This document shows, piece after piece, positions 1 through 13,657 of a DNA stretch of 64,000 nt. The DNA is taken from positions 36,495 through 100,494 of the forward strand of contig QPMI01000083.1 of the NCBI GenBank assembly GCA_004431415.1, read 5' to 3'. This DNA is from Cyanophora paradoxa CCMP329. Its lineage: Eukaryota; Plantae; Glaucophyta. The position numbers were made by a program, and so were the translations under genes. The notes under the pieces were generated by a model. The model had not been told where the DNA came from. It did not search any database and worked only from the letters and a program-made list of their open reading frames with translations. Positions within the stretch are counted from its first letter, which is position 1; each line of letters starts with the position of its first letter.

Positions 1-578
1 AAGAAGGCGCTCCTTCTCGACTGCGGCCCCGCCTCCCGTCAGAAGGAGCTCGCCCATGCACATGAGCGCCACGGCCATGGCCACGCCGTCTTCGAGTGCA
101 AGCAGAAGCTTAAGGCGCCCGGCGACGAGAAGAACAAGAAGAAGGCGCTCCTTCTCGACTGCGGCCCCGCCTCCCGTCAGAAGGAGCTCGCCCATGCACA
201 TGAGCGCCACGGCCATGGCCACGCCGTCTTCGAGTGCAAGCAGAAGCTTAAGGCGCCCGGCGACGAGAAGAACAAGAAGAAGGCGCTCCTTCTCGACTGC
301 GGCCCCGCCTCCCGTCAGAAGGAGCTCGCCCATGCACATGAGCGCCACGGCCATGGCCACGCCGTCTTCGAGTGCAAGCAGAAGCTTAAGGCGCCCGGCG
401 ACGAGAAGAACAAGAAGAAGGCGCTCCTTCTCGACTGCGGCCCCGCCTCCCGTCAGAAGGAGCTCGCCCATGCACATGAGCGCCACGGCCATGGCCACGC
501 CGTCTTCGAGTGCAAGCAGAAGCTTAAGGCGCCCGGCGACGAGAAGAACAAGAAGAAGGCGCTCCTTCTCGACTGCGG
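1..578 (+). repeat. 138-bp tandem repeat (at least 4.2 copies, runs off the left edge) containing the exon with the start of HAD motif I
   Basis: Identical unit restarts at 1, 139, 277, 415 and 553. Frame 1 reads KKALLLDC-GPASRQKELAHAHERHGHGHAVFECKQKLKAPGDEKNK (46 codons per unit). Confidence 0.95.
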
Positions 579-2809
579 CGCGCGCCGTTCTCTCTCTCTC
601 TCTCTCTCTTCGCTCTCTCTTCCTAAAGCTGCTGCTCTCTCTTCTCTCTTCGAAGTAGCCTAAGGTGGCTTAGGTGTGGCGGTAGAGTTAAGACTCTGCC
701 CTGTCGGGCAAGACTTGCTTGCACTGGGTGTCCTCTATCAACTCTAACCGTCCCGGGCGCTCCGACCACTCCTGCGCCTAAAGCCTCCTCCTTTCTCAGA
801 CGGGGTCATCGCGGACACGGAGCCGGACGGGCACCGCGTCTCCTTCAACCGCGCCTTCAAGGCCTTCGGCATCGACACGGAGTTCGACAGGGCGCTCCAC
901 GACCGCCTCGTGCGTCTGTGATGCCGAAGCGAAGCTCGCGCATCTGAGCTGGAGCCGCGCGCCCGCGGCCCGGCCGCCTCGTCACTCTAGCTTAAACTTC
1001 GATTTCGGACCGGGCCGCGAAGTCTTTGAAGCTTAAGTGAAACCAAGCGCGCGCCCGCGGCCCCGGGCCCGGCCTTCAGCTTCAAATCTTAGCCCTGGAT
1101 AGCCGCGCGCCGGCGCGCGCGCCGTGACCGCTGAGAATGGGCGCCGCGGCCGCTCCGTGGCGCAGGTCAAGGTCGGCGGCGGGAAGGAGCTCATGAGCAA
1201 ACACTTTGACGAGGTAAAGGCAGCCGCCGCCAAAGCCGCAAACGTCTAAGTTTAAACCCGTCTATAATAATAGCCTTACAGTAAACGGCAGCCGCCGCCG
1301 ACGCCGCCCCGCGATCTCAGACCGCGCGCGCGCCTCGGCGGCGCCCTCATTCCTGACCGTCGAGTCAGATCGGCTGGCCCAAGGAGCAGCTGAAGGAGCA
1401 GTGCGATACCGATACCCCGGCCGCGCTCCCGTTCTCCGCCCGCGCTGAATCTATCACTCATTGCGAACCTCAGCGGCGGCGACAAGAAGAAGCTCATCGC
1501 CGAGCTCCACAAGGCCCGTACCCCCTGAGAAGTCCCGTACCCCTCCCTGAGATTGCGTACCCCGCCGCAGGTCAAGACGGAGTTCTTCATGGACCTGGTG
1601 AACAAGGGGGAGATCCCCGGCCGGGAGGGGTACGTCGAATCTTTCCTAGGAGAGGGGGTACTGCCCTATCTTGAAGTATCTCACCCCCGGCTGCGCAGCA
1701 TCACGCGGATCGTGGACGAGGCGATCGCGGCGGGGTACAGGATCGCGGTCTGCTCCACGGGCCACGTGGAGGCGGTATCCGGGATCATGAAGCACGTGAG
1801 CGCGTGCCCAGGGGGGGTACCGCGCGCTCGAGCCACAGACCCCTTCTGATTCGGAGCGCGAAAAACAAGGTCTTCGGCGAGAAGCGGCTCGAGAGCTTCG
1901 ACGGCCTCTTCGCGGGTGCGGTACCCCCCTTCTCCCGACCCGGACCCCTCGAGCTCACCCTACTGTACCCCCATCCCCACTCCCCCCTCCCTCGCAGGCG
2001 ATATGGTCCCGAAGAAGAAGGTGCACCCCTTACCCCCTGCCCGAGCGACGCGTACCCCTGCCGCATTTTGCACTAACGCGTACCCCCATCGCAGCCGGAC
2101 CCGGCCATCTACACGCTGGCCTCCAAGCGCCTCGACGTACCCCCCGAGAGGTGCGTCGTCCCCCCCCCCCCCCCCCCCCGGCCTGGCCAGCCCCGCCCCC
2201 CCGCCCCGCCCCGCCGCCCGCCTGCCACTCATGAGGCCTTTCTACCGAAGCTGCAGCTGCGCCAAACGCATCAAGCTTAAGAAACCGAGTCCAAAGTTTT
2301 ATAGCGCTGTAAATATTTAAAGCTGAACCGAGAGCTAGCTCTCTGAGAGCTAGTGTGCTTCAAGCTTCTGAACTTGTTCACTTCGAATCTGACTCAGTGA
2401 GTTCGCATCCACAGGTGCGTGGTGATCGAGGACAGCCGCATTGGCCTCCTGGCGGCCAAGGCCGCCGGCATGCCCTGTCTCATCACGGTCCGGCCCGACC
2501 CCGACCCTGCCCCACCCCACCCGAGCCCGTTCGATCGGGCCGCCGAGTCGCCGAGTCGGGCCGGCGATGCTGAAATGCCGGTACCCCTTCCCCCGCAGCG
2601 GTCGGGGTACACGCAGGAGGAGGACTTCCACGAGGCCGACCTCGTCGTCTTCAACCTCGACGTACCCCCCCAACTCTCCCCCCCCCCCCCCCCCCCCCCC
2701 CTCCTCCTCGAAACCGATGCCCCGGCATGCGCAGGACGGGAACGTGGGCCTGGATACGCTGGAGAGGCTTATCAAGCGGGCTGTCCACGGGCGGGGCGCG
2801 CAGGCGTAG
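1..2809 (+). CDS. CbbY-like HAD-superfamily phosphatase, multi-exon, 5' end outside the window
   Basis: Spliced exons give ALLLDC|DGVIADTEPDGHRVSFNRAF (motif I), IAVCSTG (motif II), GDMVPKKK|PDPAIY (motif III) and VVIEDSRIGLLAAKAAGMPCLIT (motif IV). Stop TAG at 2807-2809. Confidence 0.88.
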
Positions 2810-3689
2810 AATTATTATAGCGGCTGCAGGCCAAGGCCTCGCGATCGTGCTATCAAATCAGATCAAAATCTTGTTGCTCGCGCCCAAGAGGCACTTCGGA
2901 AACTGCAGTGCAGAGGGGGCGGCCGCGGGGCCGCCGCCGGCCCGCCGGGCGTGCACGTGCACGTGCCACGGTGGGCCGGGTCCGGTCGCGATTGCCATCA
3001 GTGGCGCCGCCTGCAGCTGCCGCCTGCGGCGCCGGCCGTTCGCGACCCGGGCCACGTGCACAGTGACCATACGGCGGGCGTCGGCGGCGTCCGAGGGTCC
3101 ACAGTGAGGGGCCACGTGCACTGATCATCATGGCATGATCATGAGGACACAGCGCTAGCGCTAGCCCACCCCCCACCCCCGACTAGGCCGCATATGCATG
3201 CGCGATATGCGCAGGCTGGCGCCGCCCGGCGGCGCGGCGGCGCCGGCAGGCCCGGGCCGCGGCCGCGACGGCGGCGCGACGCTCAGCGGCTAGGCACGCC
3301 GGGCCGTCGCCGGCGTGACGTCGCTACCGGTAAGCCTCGGTAGGCGGTAGCCCTGGAGGGCCAGTACTAGTGCCGGCCCAGTGGAGGCTGGCGCTGCGCT
3401 AGCCTGCATGCGGTGCCATCATGGCATGCGCAGCCTGCGCGCGAATGCGCATGCAATTTCCCATTCACATGAGATCTTTCCCGTACCCGTCCAGAGTAGT
3501 TGGCGATTCGGTGTCCGGCTCAGGTGCCGGCCTGGCCAGGCTAGCCTTCCTACAGGGCCTAGAGAAGCGAGAGTGCAGGTGGTGCAGCTGCCATCGAGCT
3601 CTTCTAGCCTGGGATACTCGTGCGAGAAGCAGTCGACTCGGGTCGAGTACTAGTCGGAGTAGGTCCAGCCGGCGCCCGCGGCGTGCGCA

Positions 3690-6600
3690 ATGATGGCGAG
3701 CCCTCTCTTCGCGAACCTGGCCATCTACGAAGGAGTCGGGCTCGGCTGCTTCAACTGCTATGTTCGTTTGCCTGATCCCCGATCCCCCGCCCTTATCCAT
3801 GCAACCTGCACCGTTAGCCATTCCGATCCTGGGAACCATTCCTACTGGGTTAAAAGCTTCCTTCTTGCGTTGTTGCCTCCGCTGATTGTTTCCCGCTTGA
3901 CGCCGTCGCAGCTGCTTGTGTCATGCGGCGGAACCGCGGGCCCCGCAGCTGAGAAGAAGTGCAGCCCGAAATCGACGCGCGGATCGCCCCCGAACGACCG
4001 CCTGATGCACGTATTCGATGCCGGTGCGCGCTCTGCCCAGCGCACTCTTCGTTCCCGCGGTCGCGGCCGACGCCCGCGCTCGCTTCTTCCCTCAGACATG
4101 TCATTCCCGCTCGACTCATCCTCGAGCGCGAGCCGACGGTCTCGCGATCGTACCCAGTCCAAGCGCCGGGAACGCCCCGCCTCGGGGGTCCCGCCCGCGC
4201 AGGAAACCGAATTCTCGATCGCCGTCGTGCGTGGATGCGGCGCCCGCCCGCCCGCCGCTCGTCTTCCGCCGTGCGCGCGCAAACGCGCGGCAATCGCAGA
4301 TCAGTCCCGTGGGAGACGAGGTTCTGGGCCGCGTCCGCATCGATTTCCGGAACCTGTTGCAGGTGGCTTCGGACCGGGGCGACACCACGCGGGATTTCTG
4401 GGTGCCGATCGAGCGCCACACCCGGGTACGCCATTGTTTCCTCTCTGGGCCGCGCTCCCGGGTCCCGCCCTGATCCGCGCCTCTGTACCCCGCAGGGCTT
4501 CTCGGGCGCCCTCCACTGCGGGGTATCCATCGCGCCGCGCGCCGAACGCGTACCCCGCGACGTGAGCGCCCCCTCCTCTTGTTCTGCGTACCCGTCGCGC
4601 TGATTCGCGCCCCTCCGATTAGACTTCGCCCCAGCCAGGCTTCGGAAACGCGGCGGGGTGGATCGAGGTACCCGTACCCCCATGCCTCCCCAAATCGCCC
4701 GTACCTCCATGGAATCGATCCGACCTCGGATCGGGTCTCAGGTCTGCCCGAAGATGCCGCAGACGAACCCGACCCCCCGCGGAGGGGGTACAGGTACCGG
4801 AACGACCGCTCAGGAGGCCGTTGCCTTCGCTCGAACCGTCGCCGCCCGACTCGCAGAGGAGGAACGGTCCTCCGGGGTTTGCGTACCCCTTTTCGCTCAC
4901 CCCCGCCCCCCCTCCCAGTCCTAATCCTTGAGGGGGCCAGACCTCTGTCCACCAAGAGCCGGGACCGCTCCCGGAGTCGGCGTACCCCCCCTTTCCGCGA
5001 CGATCGGGGCCCGGGGGTGCGTCCAACAAGATCACTCCGACGAGCTCGGCGCCCGGTACCCCCTACAAGCGGCCCGCCTCGCCAAACCGCACCGGTACCC
5101 CCGGGGCCCCGGCCGCGCCCCGCTTCTCGGGCCTTCCAAGCTGGGACGAGCCCCCCGCGTTCGAGCGGGGGTACCCCCCGCGCTCCCCTTCGTACGAGGC
5201 GAGCGGCGCACCCTGCGTCTCGTTGTTCTCGGCTTACATACATTTTCTGCGCAGGTGTACGACTCGAAGCGGCTGATAATGGCGGGCGGGGATTCGAGCC
5301 CGGGCCCGAAAGCCTTGGCCACGCGGCCCGGGGCCGCCCCCGCCTGCTTCTCATGCTGGGGCGCCCTGCCCGGCCTCCGGCAGGACTGAGCTCGCTGGTT
5401 GAGCTTCGAGGCCGGAGACCGAGCGGGGGGCCGGGGGCAGCCACGGCTAGCCGAGGCCCAGCTGGGCTTTCAGTCAGCATCGATTCTTAGAGCGCGAACG
5501 TCCCTATGCCTTGATCTAAGTGACCGAATCCCTATGCCTTTTACGGTGCCATGATGCATACTCGCATATATCGATGTTTTCCATTTGTCTCCTCGTTTCA
5601 TCAGGTCGTGATTCAAAGGCATCAATATTGATATTAATATTTCAAGTTTATACATACGCATGTGCACGTGTGCCTACAGCTGCAGCTGCACGTGCACGCT
5701 GGTTCACGCCGTGACGTGCGCATTCATCCGAATTCGTGCATGCGCATGCACAGCGCCGCGCGCGGCCGGGCGCCGGCGCCGCCGGGGGCCCTGGCGCCGG
5801 CCGCGGGCCCCGCTCCCACGTGCACGCGGGCCTGGCACACGCGCGCGTATACGTAAGAGCAGCATGCGAGGCACTACGCGACGCGCGCTGGCTATAGCTA
5901 GCCGGGGGCCCGCCGCCCTTGGGCCTTGGCACCGTGGGGGTACGCGCTTCGACAGCCAAGCGACCACAAATCCAGACGAGCCTCGGAGCCGGCGATCAGC
6001 GATCGGCCGGCATCAGCGAGGCGGCGGTATCTCTTAGGTAGCAATGACAGTGCCCGCGAAGCCCGCCAGGCCCGGCCTCCGCTCCCGTGACGGGGGAACC
6101 GCCGTGCCACTCAAAGCGCTGCTCGTCACTGCCGTCATCGATGGCTACTGCTGTGAGACCACACGTACGTGCCTTTCCGGATTCTCCGAGGAAGACGCGC
6201 CTCCTTGCAGCAGCTGCTGACTTGTAACCGCTTGCGCGGTTGAACCATTGGCGGGCAGTTCGCCACACTTTCAAGCACGAGGGCCTCTTGCCCGTGGAGG
6301 TCGTGTACGGCTTTCAAGTGCCCGAGTACGCGTCCGTGTCGGGCTTCGAGGCCCGCATCGGCCCCGCGGAGATCGCGGGGAAAGTCGGCGATGCGCACCA
6401 CGGGCCCGACGCGGGCGCCTCGGCGGGGGCGCCGCACGCGGCGGCGGGCGCGTTGCATATGGGAACGACGGAGAGCGACTGCTCCGACGGGTTCCTGACG
6501 CTGGACTCGGGCCGCCTGACCCTCGCGCCGAACGCCGAGGCGACCTTCACCGTCTCCATCGTCCACGAGCTGCCGCCGGCCGGCGACGGCGCGGCGCGCT

Positions 6601-9600
6601 TCGCGCTCCCTTCCGCGGCGCTCCTGCCGGACGAGGATCTCGAGGTGCGCGCCGGCGCGGCGCCCGCCGCGGCGCGTTCGGAGCCGCGGGGGCGCGGCCC
6701 GAATCCGATCCGCGCAGGACGCGCCGGTGGACGTGTCCGTCGACCTCTCGTTCTCCGCGCCGCTTCCGCTCTCGATCGGCGCCGTGCGCTCTCCGACGCA
6801 CGCCTCCCAGCTCGGTGCGCCGGGGCCGCCCACCGACGCCGCCCGCCCGCCCGGTCCGCCGCCTCCTGACCGCGCGCCGCGCAGCCGTGATCAGGGAGGG
6901 TGACATCACGCGCGTCACGATCGGCCCTGTGGTGCGAGCTGGCGGACGCGCCGGTCGCGCTTTGGGCCGCTGAGGCGGCGCGATGCGCGCGCGCGGGCGG
7001 CAGGCGCTGAAGCGCTGCGGGGGGGCGCTGGCGGTGGAGGCGCCGATGGACGGCCCGGCGGCGTTCCTCTGGTCGGACGCGGTGGACGGGAAGGGGCCGG
7101 CGGCGCTGGCGCTGAGCGCGGCGCCCTCGTGGCCGGCCATGGACCCCGTCGAGCTCGAGATCTTCTTCGCCCTCGACCGCGCCCTCGGCAAGCAAAGGCG
7201 CGCCCGCCCCGCCCCGCCCCCCCGCCCGCCCGGCCGCAGGCCAGCGCTGGCCATAGATAGCTCTGACGCCCCCGTCCCGCAGGCTGGAGCAGGCCAAGAG
7301 CGCCGTGCGGACCGCCGTGCGCTCGCTCCCCCACGGCGCCCACTTCGACATCCTCGGTACGCGTACCCCTTAACCATCCCCCCCGCCTTTCCCTCTCCTC
7401 TGAACCGGCCGCAGCCTTCGGGAGCGACGTCGAGCGGCTCTGCCCCGCGTCAGGCAAGCCGCAGGCCTTTTCGGAGAAGGGCATCACCCACGTGCTTTCT
7501 TTCCTTCTTTCTCTAACATCCTTAACACATTCTTCATTAAAATCTTATTAGGCCGACAAGTTTCTGGAGCAAGTGGCCCCGGCGATCAATCTGGCGGCGG
7601 GGGCCGACCTGCTGGGCGGGCTGACGGCCGCCCTGGACTGCGCGGGGGCGCCGGGCCGCGCCAAGTGAGCCGCTTTCCCGTTCTGAGCTGAGCGCTTCGG
7701 ATCTGAGCTGAGCCGCGGGAGAACTGCGCGCTCTTAGCTTCGTAGTCCGAACTTAGCTTCTCCGCCCGGCTGACCCTTAGCCTCTCCGCCCTCTCTCTCT
7801 CTCTCGCTTCTGAGCCGAGCCCGCCCGCCCACAGGCAGCGGCAGGTGATTCTCGTGACCGCCGGCCGGGTGCCCCCCCCCCCCCCTTTGAATCTCATCTG
7901 ATCTGATCTGACTCCGCCCGGCCCGCCCGCAGTTCGAGGGCTCCGAGGCGGCCTTCGACCTCGCTCACGGCCGCGTCGGCGTGGTGCGCCCCGGATCAAA
8001 TCAATCAAACAGATAGATAAACGGTCAAAATGTTAGACAGTTGGATCCGGACAGCTAAATCTAGAACAGCCAAATCTAGACAACAGTTTAATCTACCGAT
8101 AGATGAAATCCAATAAAGCTTCTGCGCGCGCCTTTAGATTAGTAACTGCCCTCGCCCCTAAGCCCACTCGAAAGATTCCTCGAGTCACATACCTATGAAG
8201 CCTAATATATGAACCCTCAATGTTTCATGCAACAGCCCCTCCGCGCGACTTCAGACTGCTGACCGCCCCCTTCTCCTCCCCAGGCGCGGGTCTTCGTCGT
8301 TGGGACGTGCGAGCCGCTCGCGGCGGCCCTCGCCCGCGCCGGCGCCGGCTTCCCCGAGTTCGTACCCGGTCCGCGCCCCCCCCCCCCCCTCTTCCTCCCC
8401 CCCCGCCCCCTCTTCTCAGGCGGCGCGGGGCAGAGGCGGCGCGGCTGGAGGGGCACGTGCTGCGGCAGCTGCGGCGCTGCGTGGCCCCGGGCCTCGGCCG
8501 CCTCGCCGCCGACTGGGGCTTGCCCCGCACCCTCCAGGCCCGCCCCCGGCCCCTCGCCACGCGTACCCCCTTCCGAGCTCACCGATCCCCCCCCCACCCC
8601 ACCTGCTTTTTTTAACAGGCCCCCCGGGAGCTCCCCCCCTTCCTTTTCGTCGGGGACCGCCTCACTGTGTACGCCTTCGGATCGGTCCGCCTTATCCTCT
8701 ACCCCCCTCCCCAAAAATAGAAATCCCGTACCCCTTTCCTCGCGAACTTCGTTCGCAGGAAACGGGCCACGAGCTGCCGGAGGGCGCCTCCCTCTCCGGC
8801 CGCTTCGCCGGCGCCGCGGCGCCGCTGACCTTCGGGGCCCCGGTTCGAATCCGCCCGGATTCCCTTTCCCGACCCCCGCTCGATTTTCTTCTTCTTCAGC
8901 TCTGGAGCTGTCCTAACATAAGCTCAAGCTTTATTTTTAACTTAGCTCCTACCTGGAAGCTGGCGGCCGACCTTAGCCTCTAGCCTTTGATCCTTTAGAT
9001 TCTAACTAGATTCTAGCTTCTAACCAAGCTCCCACCTCCCTTACTTCTCCGGGTGCTTGTCTCGAAGTTGGCGGCCGCCGGGCCGGCCTTAGCCTTAAGC
9101 TTTTGAACCTTTAGATTGTAGCTGGGTTTTCGCTTCGAAATAAGCTCCCGGCTCCTAACTTGTAAGCTTCAGACGGTGGCGGCGCGGCCGGGCGGCCCCG
9201 TCTCGAAGCTCGCGGCGCGGGCGGCGATCCGCGACGCGGGGCACACGACGGCCCAGGTCCGTGCGCGCTTAGAAGCAAGCCTACTAGGCTAAGAAGCCGA
9301 AACCAAGATCAAAAGAGAAAGCCTAGGAGCCATGAGCTTTCTCGCCCGCCTAGTGCTCTCTCTACCCTTTCTCGCCCGCCTAGTGCGCGCGCCTAGTGCG
9401 CGCGCACTTAGAAAGCAAGCCTAAGAAGCCAAAGCCAAAGCCTAGGAGCCATGAGCCTTCTCGCCCGCCTAGTGCTCTCTCTACCCTTTCTCGCCCGCCT
9501 AGTGCGCGCGCCTAGTGCGCGCGCACTTAGAAAGCAAGCCTAAGAAGCCAAAGCCAAAGCCTGGGCGCCATGATCCTTCTCGCCCGCCTAGTGCTCTCTC

Positions 9601-12129
9601 TCTCTCTCTACCCTGCCCTGCCGCTCTCGCCTTGACCTAAGAAGCCAAAGCCAAAGCCTGGGCGCCAGTGCTCTCTCTCTCTCTACCCTGCCGCTCTCGC
9701 CTTGACCTAAGAAGCCAAAGCCAAAGCCTGGGCGCCAGTGCTCTCTCTCTTCTGCCCTGCCGCTCTCGCTCTCTCTCGCCTTGACCTGCGCACGGACCAC
9801 GGCACAGACCGCCGCACGCCTCTCCGGCCTCTCCTGCCGGTGCGCGCCGTACCCCGCCCCGCCCCGCCCCGCCCCGCCCGCTCCCCGTACCCCTGCGATT
9901 CCTGCCGCCCCGCCCCGCCCCGCCCCGACAGGCCCCGACAGGCCCCGACAGGCCCCGCCCCGCCCCGCCCCGCCCCGCCCCGCCTCCTGACCCTGTATCC
10001 CCACCTTCGGACCAGGCACGGGATCGCGTCGCGGGGCACGCCGTACGCGGCGGCGGCGGCCGGCGAGGCGGCGGCGGCGGGGGTGGCGCTCCACGTCCCC
10101 TCCGCGTGCTGGGTGCGCGAGGGGCGGGGGGCGGGAGGAGGGCAGGACGGGAGGGCAGAATTTCGGAAAAGCTGGCCTTTCTACATACACACTAGAGCCT
10201 CACACTAAATGGCTTGCGGAAATTTACACTCTAGAGCCTCGCCTTTCTCCGCCGTCTTGGCGTCTCCGCCGCCTCAAGAGCCTCGACTAGGCTCTCTTTT
10301 GAGCCCCCGCGAAGAAAGCTTATGGCTCCTTAGCTTTCTTTTGAGCCCCCGCGCCCCCTAAAGCGACGTGGAGCTGAAGGGGAGGATCCCGCAGGTGCCG
10401 TCGCGCCCCAACCTGCGCCGCGGTTCCATCTTCCGCACGAGGTGCGCCCGCGTCACGCCACCCGGCGCCGCCCCCAGGGAGAGGAGGGATGGGGTTCTAG
10501 TCGGCGATCGCCGGGCTTCCCCCCCCCCCCCCCCGGATCCCCCCCCTCCCCTCCGGGCTCTCTGACTAGCTAGCTAGCGAGCTTGCGCTGAGCTTCTGTC
10601 TCCTTCTCCCTCTTCGAGGGGCCCAAGCCCAGGGCCGCCCTAGTTCTAGTCCAGGCCGATGAGGGGCCAGCTAGCGTGCACTTAGAATTAGCTTCTGTCT
10701 CCTCCTCCGTCTCCTGGAGTCGCCTTTCTTAGAAAGCTGTAGGGAGCACTCTCCTCAAGTCGCCTTCTTAGTCCATCTCTTTATTAGTCCCGGGGCTCCT
10801 CCGAGGAGCTTTCTGACGGGCCTACCCCCCCTCCCTCTCCCCCCCCCTTCAGCCTGGACGCGGTCCGCACGAGCCTCGACGGCCTCCGCGGCGGCTTCGT
10901 TAACATCGCGCGTACCCCCCTCGCTCTATTATTTTTAGATCGCGCCTCATCCATCCACTCTTGCGCAGTCCCTGGGCCCGCCGGGAGGCCGCGGCGGCCG
11001 CCGGATGACGCTGCCGGGGCCGGGCGAGTCCGGCCCGGGGGAGCGGGGCGCCGGCGTGATGCCGATTCCGGAGGCGCCGACGGCGGAGCAGCAGTCGGCG
11101 CTGTGGCGCTGCCTCTGCTGCAGCGGCCTCGGCGGGCTCATGGCGGTGCGCGTACCCCCCCCCCCGCTTCCCCCGCCCCCCTCTCTGGAGCCTTCAAATA
11201 CTTCTAGAAACCAAACGAAGTCTAAAAAAGAAATAGCCTCTCTTTTCGTCGCTTTGGTTGTCTGCGACTCCTAACAAGCCGCCCGGGGCGGGGCGGGGCG
11301 CAGAACCCGGTGCGGCCGCACCGCCTGAGCGAGTCGGAGCAGCAGCACCACCACCAGGCCGCCGAGTTCCATGACGTCCACCTCGCGGTGCGAGCGCCAA
11401 ATTTTGAGTAGCTTGGATAGCTACAATTGCAAGCTTAATGGGTTGAATAAAGAACATAGGCGTCTTAGATTGGCTTATAATTAGGCGTCTTAGCCTAAGG
11501 CCGCCGAATTCCACGACGTCCGAGGCTAGGCCTGCCAAATGGGTTGATGGCATAGGCATCTCAGAAACGCTCATAATTAAGCTTATATAAGCTGTTCTAC
11601 GCTAAGCTTAAGGCACCTCGCGGGCGCGCACCACGTCTTAGTCAATTAGAGCCGGGGCTTGAGCTCAAGCCAAGCTCAAGGCCTAACCTGCCTGCTGAAG
11701 CTTGAGCTCAAGCCCCGGCTCTAATTTACTAAGACGGCCACGGGGAGCCAAGGGAGCCAAGCTGAAGAAGCGATTAGCTCCCACCACTCCCCCACCCCTC
11801 CCACCCCCCTCCCACGCCCCTCCCCCTCCCCGCGCCCTACCCTCCACACCGCTCCCTGGTCCTCTCGCTCACACTCCCACGTTCTTGTTCTTAGGGAGCT
11901 TAAGAGCTTAAGCTTAAGATTATTATTATTGTCACTTCGGGAGCTTGAGGGGCTTAAGATTATATAATTGTTATTAGAGTTCGCGCGGCGGCCCTCTCGC
12001 TCACACTCCCACGCGCGCAGCCGGCGCCCGTGGCGGTGGCGGCGGGGCGGGGCGGCCTCCCGAAGACGCGCTCGATGCTCGAGCGCGAGTTCGCGCGGCG
12101 GCCCCTCGACGCCATCCTCCAGCTCCAGG

Positions 12130-12162
<33 letters not shown>

Positions 12163-13147
12163 TCACTGAGCTTATTCCTGAAGGATCTTAAGATTATTCC
12201 TTTAACTTGAGAAGCCCATTTTTAAGGGGCTTAAGATAAGAGTTCGCTCGGCGGCCCTTGGACGCCGTCCTCGCCCCAGGCGAACGCGCCTGCTTACTTG
12301 TTCTTAAGAAGCTAAGAAGACTGAGATTAAGATTATTATTGTTATTACTTCAGAACCTAAGATACCGTAAGATAAGATGAGGACCAGCGCGGGCCCGGCT
12401 CGCGGGCGCCCCCCCTCTGACGGGCTGACCGGGCTGGCGGGGCGGGGCGGGGCAGGGGGCCGGAGGCCTGTGGGAGCTGGACACGGAGCTCGCGGCGGCG
12501 CTGGGACGGCCCCTCCCCGCCCTCCTCTCCATGCGCCCCAAGGACGCCCCGTCCGCCCCGCCCCGCCCCGTCCCCCCGCCCGCCCCCCCCTCGAGCTTCC
12601 GCTGAGGAGGCGGGCTCCTGATCCCGGTACCCCCCTCCCCCCTCCCCCCAGGTCGGACCACTTCGCGACGGAGCAGGTCCTGGAGTACCTCGAGACCCGC
12701 TGCCCGAGTGCGCCCCCCCCCCCCTTCCCCCCCCCCCCCCCCCCCCCCCCCCCCCTTCTTGTCCGATGTGGGCCGGCGCAGGCTCCGCGACGAGTGGGGC
12801 CTCGCGGCGGCAAAGGCCGCCGCCGCCTCCGCCTCCACCGCCGCCGCCTCCGCCCCCGCAGCCCATAAGAAGGGCGCCGAAGCCGCCGGTACCCCCGGCC
12901 GGCCGCGCTCCCCGTGGCGGGCTCCCGGCCCCGAGTGGTCCGTGGCGCACATCGTCGAGGAAACGGGGGTACGTGCGCGCGCGCGCGCGTCCCTCCCATA
13001 TATATTTCAAAGAATGCGCTAGCGCTCTCGATCGAATCCGGAAGGAGCCATTTCTTGCCGCGCCAAACTATCCATCTGACCCCGCCTTCCATCGATCCGC
13101 AGGCGATGACTCGGCCCGACGGAGGAACCCGCACAGTCACAGTCTAA
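3690..13147 (+). CDS. C2 + VIT + vWA protein (VWA5A/inter-alpha-trypsin-inhibitor-like), many exons; boundaries approximate
   Basis: C2-like exons: LAIYEGVGL, DEVLGRVRIDF..DFWVPI, GALHCGVSI. VIT: VRHTFKHEGLLPVEVVYGFQVPEYASVSGFEARIG (~6260-6365). vWA-like: EIFFALDR, LEQAKSAVRTAVRSLPHGAHFDIL, QVILVT, ARVFVVG. VWA5-type C-terminus: PLDAILQLQ, FATEQVLEYLE, DEWGLAAAKA. Stop TAA at 13145-13147. Joining the C2 part to the VIT part in one gene is inferred. Confidence 0.65.
9290..9790. repeat. Intronic compound tandem repeat (CTAAGAAGCCAAAGCCAAAGCCT... units with CT tracts)
   Basis: Repeated blocks of about 60 and about 120 bp are visible directly. Confidence 0.85.
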
Positions 13148-13547
13148 TCCGATCCTCAATCTGAAACGAACGCAAGAGCCAGAGTACACGCCTTCACGCT
13201 CGGACGCAGAATAAGATTTACACTTTATAGAGTTACATATAAATACGTATAAAATACTGGCAACCAGCAGCTTCACGTAAGAGTCTTTGATTAACGTTCT
13301 TCTTCATGTGTTGTACTCTAGCATTTGGGTTCGGGATTCTTAGGTTTTACATATGTATATTTAGATAACCTGCAGTCACTGAGTTGTGGGGCCAGTGGGC
13401 CCGTGATTTTGTATTGCGAGATAGCTATAGCTTCAGGGGCCAGTATGCCCGTGATTTGAAATTAGTACTGCAAGGGCAGCTTTAGTCTGTATACGTAGGG
13501 GCAGTATGTCCGTACTCGGGTTCTGTGTTTATCGATACGATATCTAG

Positions 13548-13657
13548 TGTTGCCAGCATAGTTTAGCTGGGGACTGGTATCATTGGGGTACAGGTACAGA
13601 CTGGGGGTACAGGTCTACAGGGACTTGGAATAATGGCAGTATATGCTCACTGCAATA
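13548..13657. repeat. Left LTR (110 bp)
   Basis: Identical to 18165-18274. Confidence 0.95.

Noticed and set aside
1-578. CRISPR-like array
   Set aside because: Units are fully identical with no variable spacers, and the context is a eukaryotic exon.
56-658. 200-aa repetitive ORF (MHMSATAMAT...)
   Set aside because: Wrong frame of the 138-bp repeat. Frame 1 carries ALLLDC, which splices into the HAD motif.
2850-13300. Numerous long Arg/Pro/Gly/Ala-rich ORFs on both strands
   Set aside because: Shadow ORFs expected in very GC-rich DNA. They cross introns and lack motifs.
13575-13582. TGGTATCA inside the LTR as an initiator-Met primer-binding site
   Set aside because: Only 8 nt match, and it lies within the LTR rather than just downstream of it.
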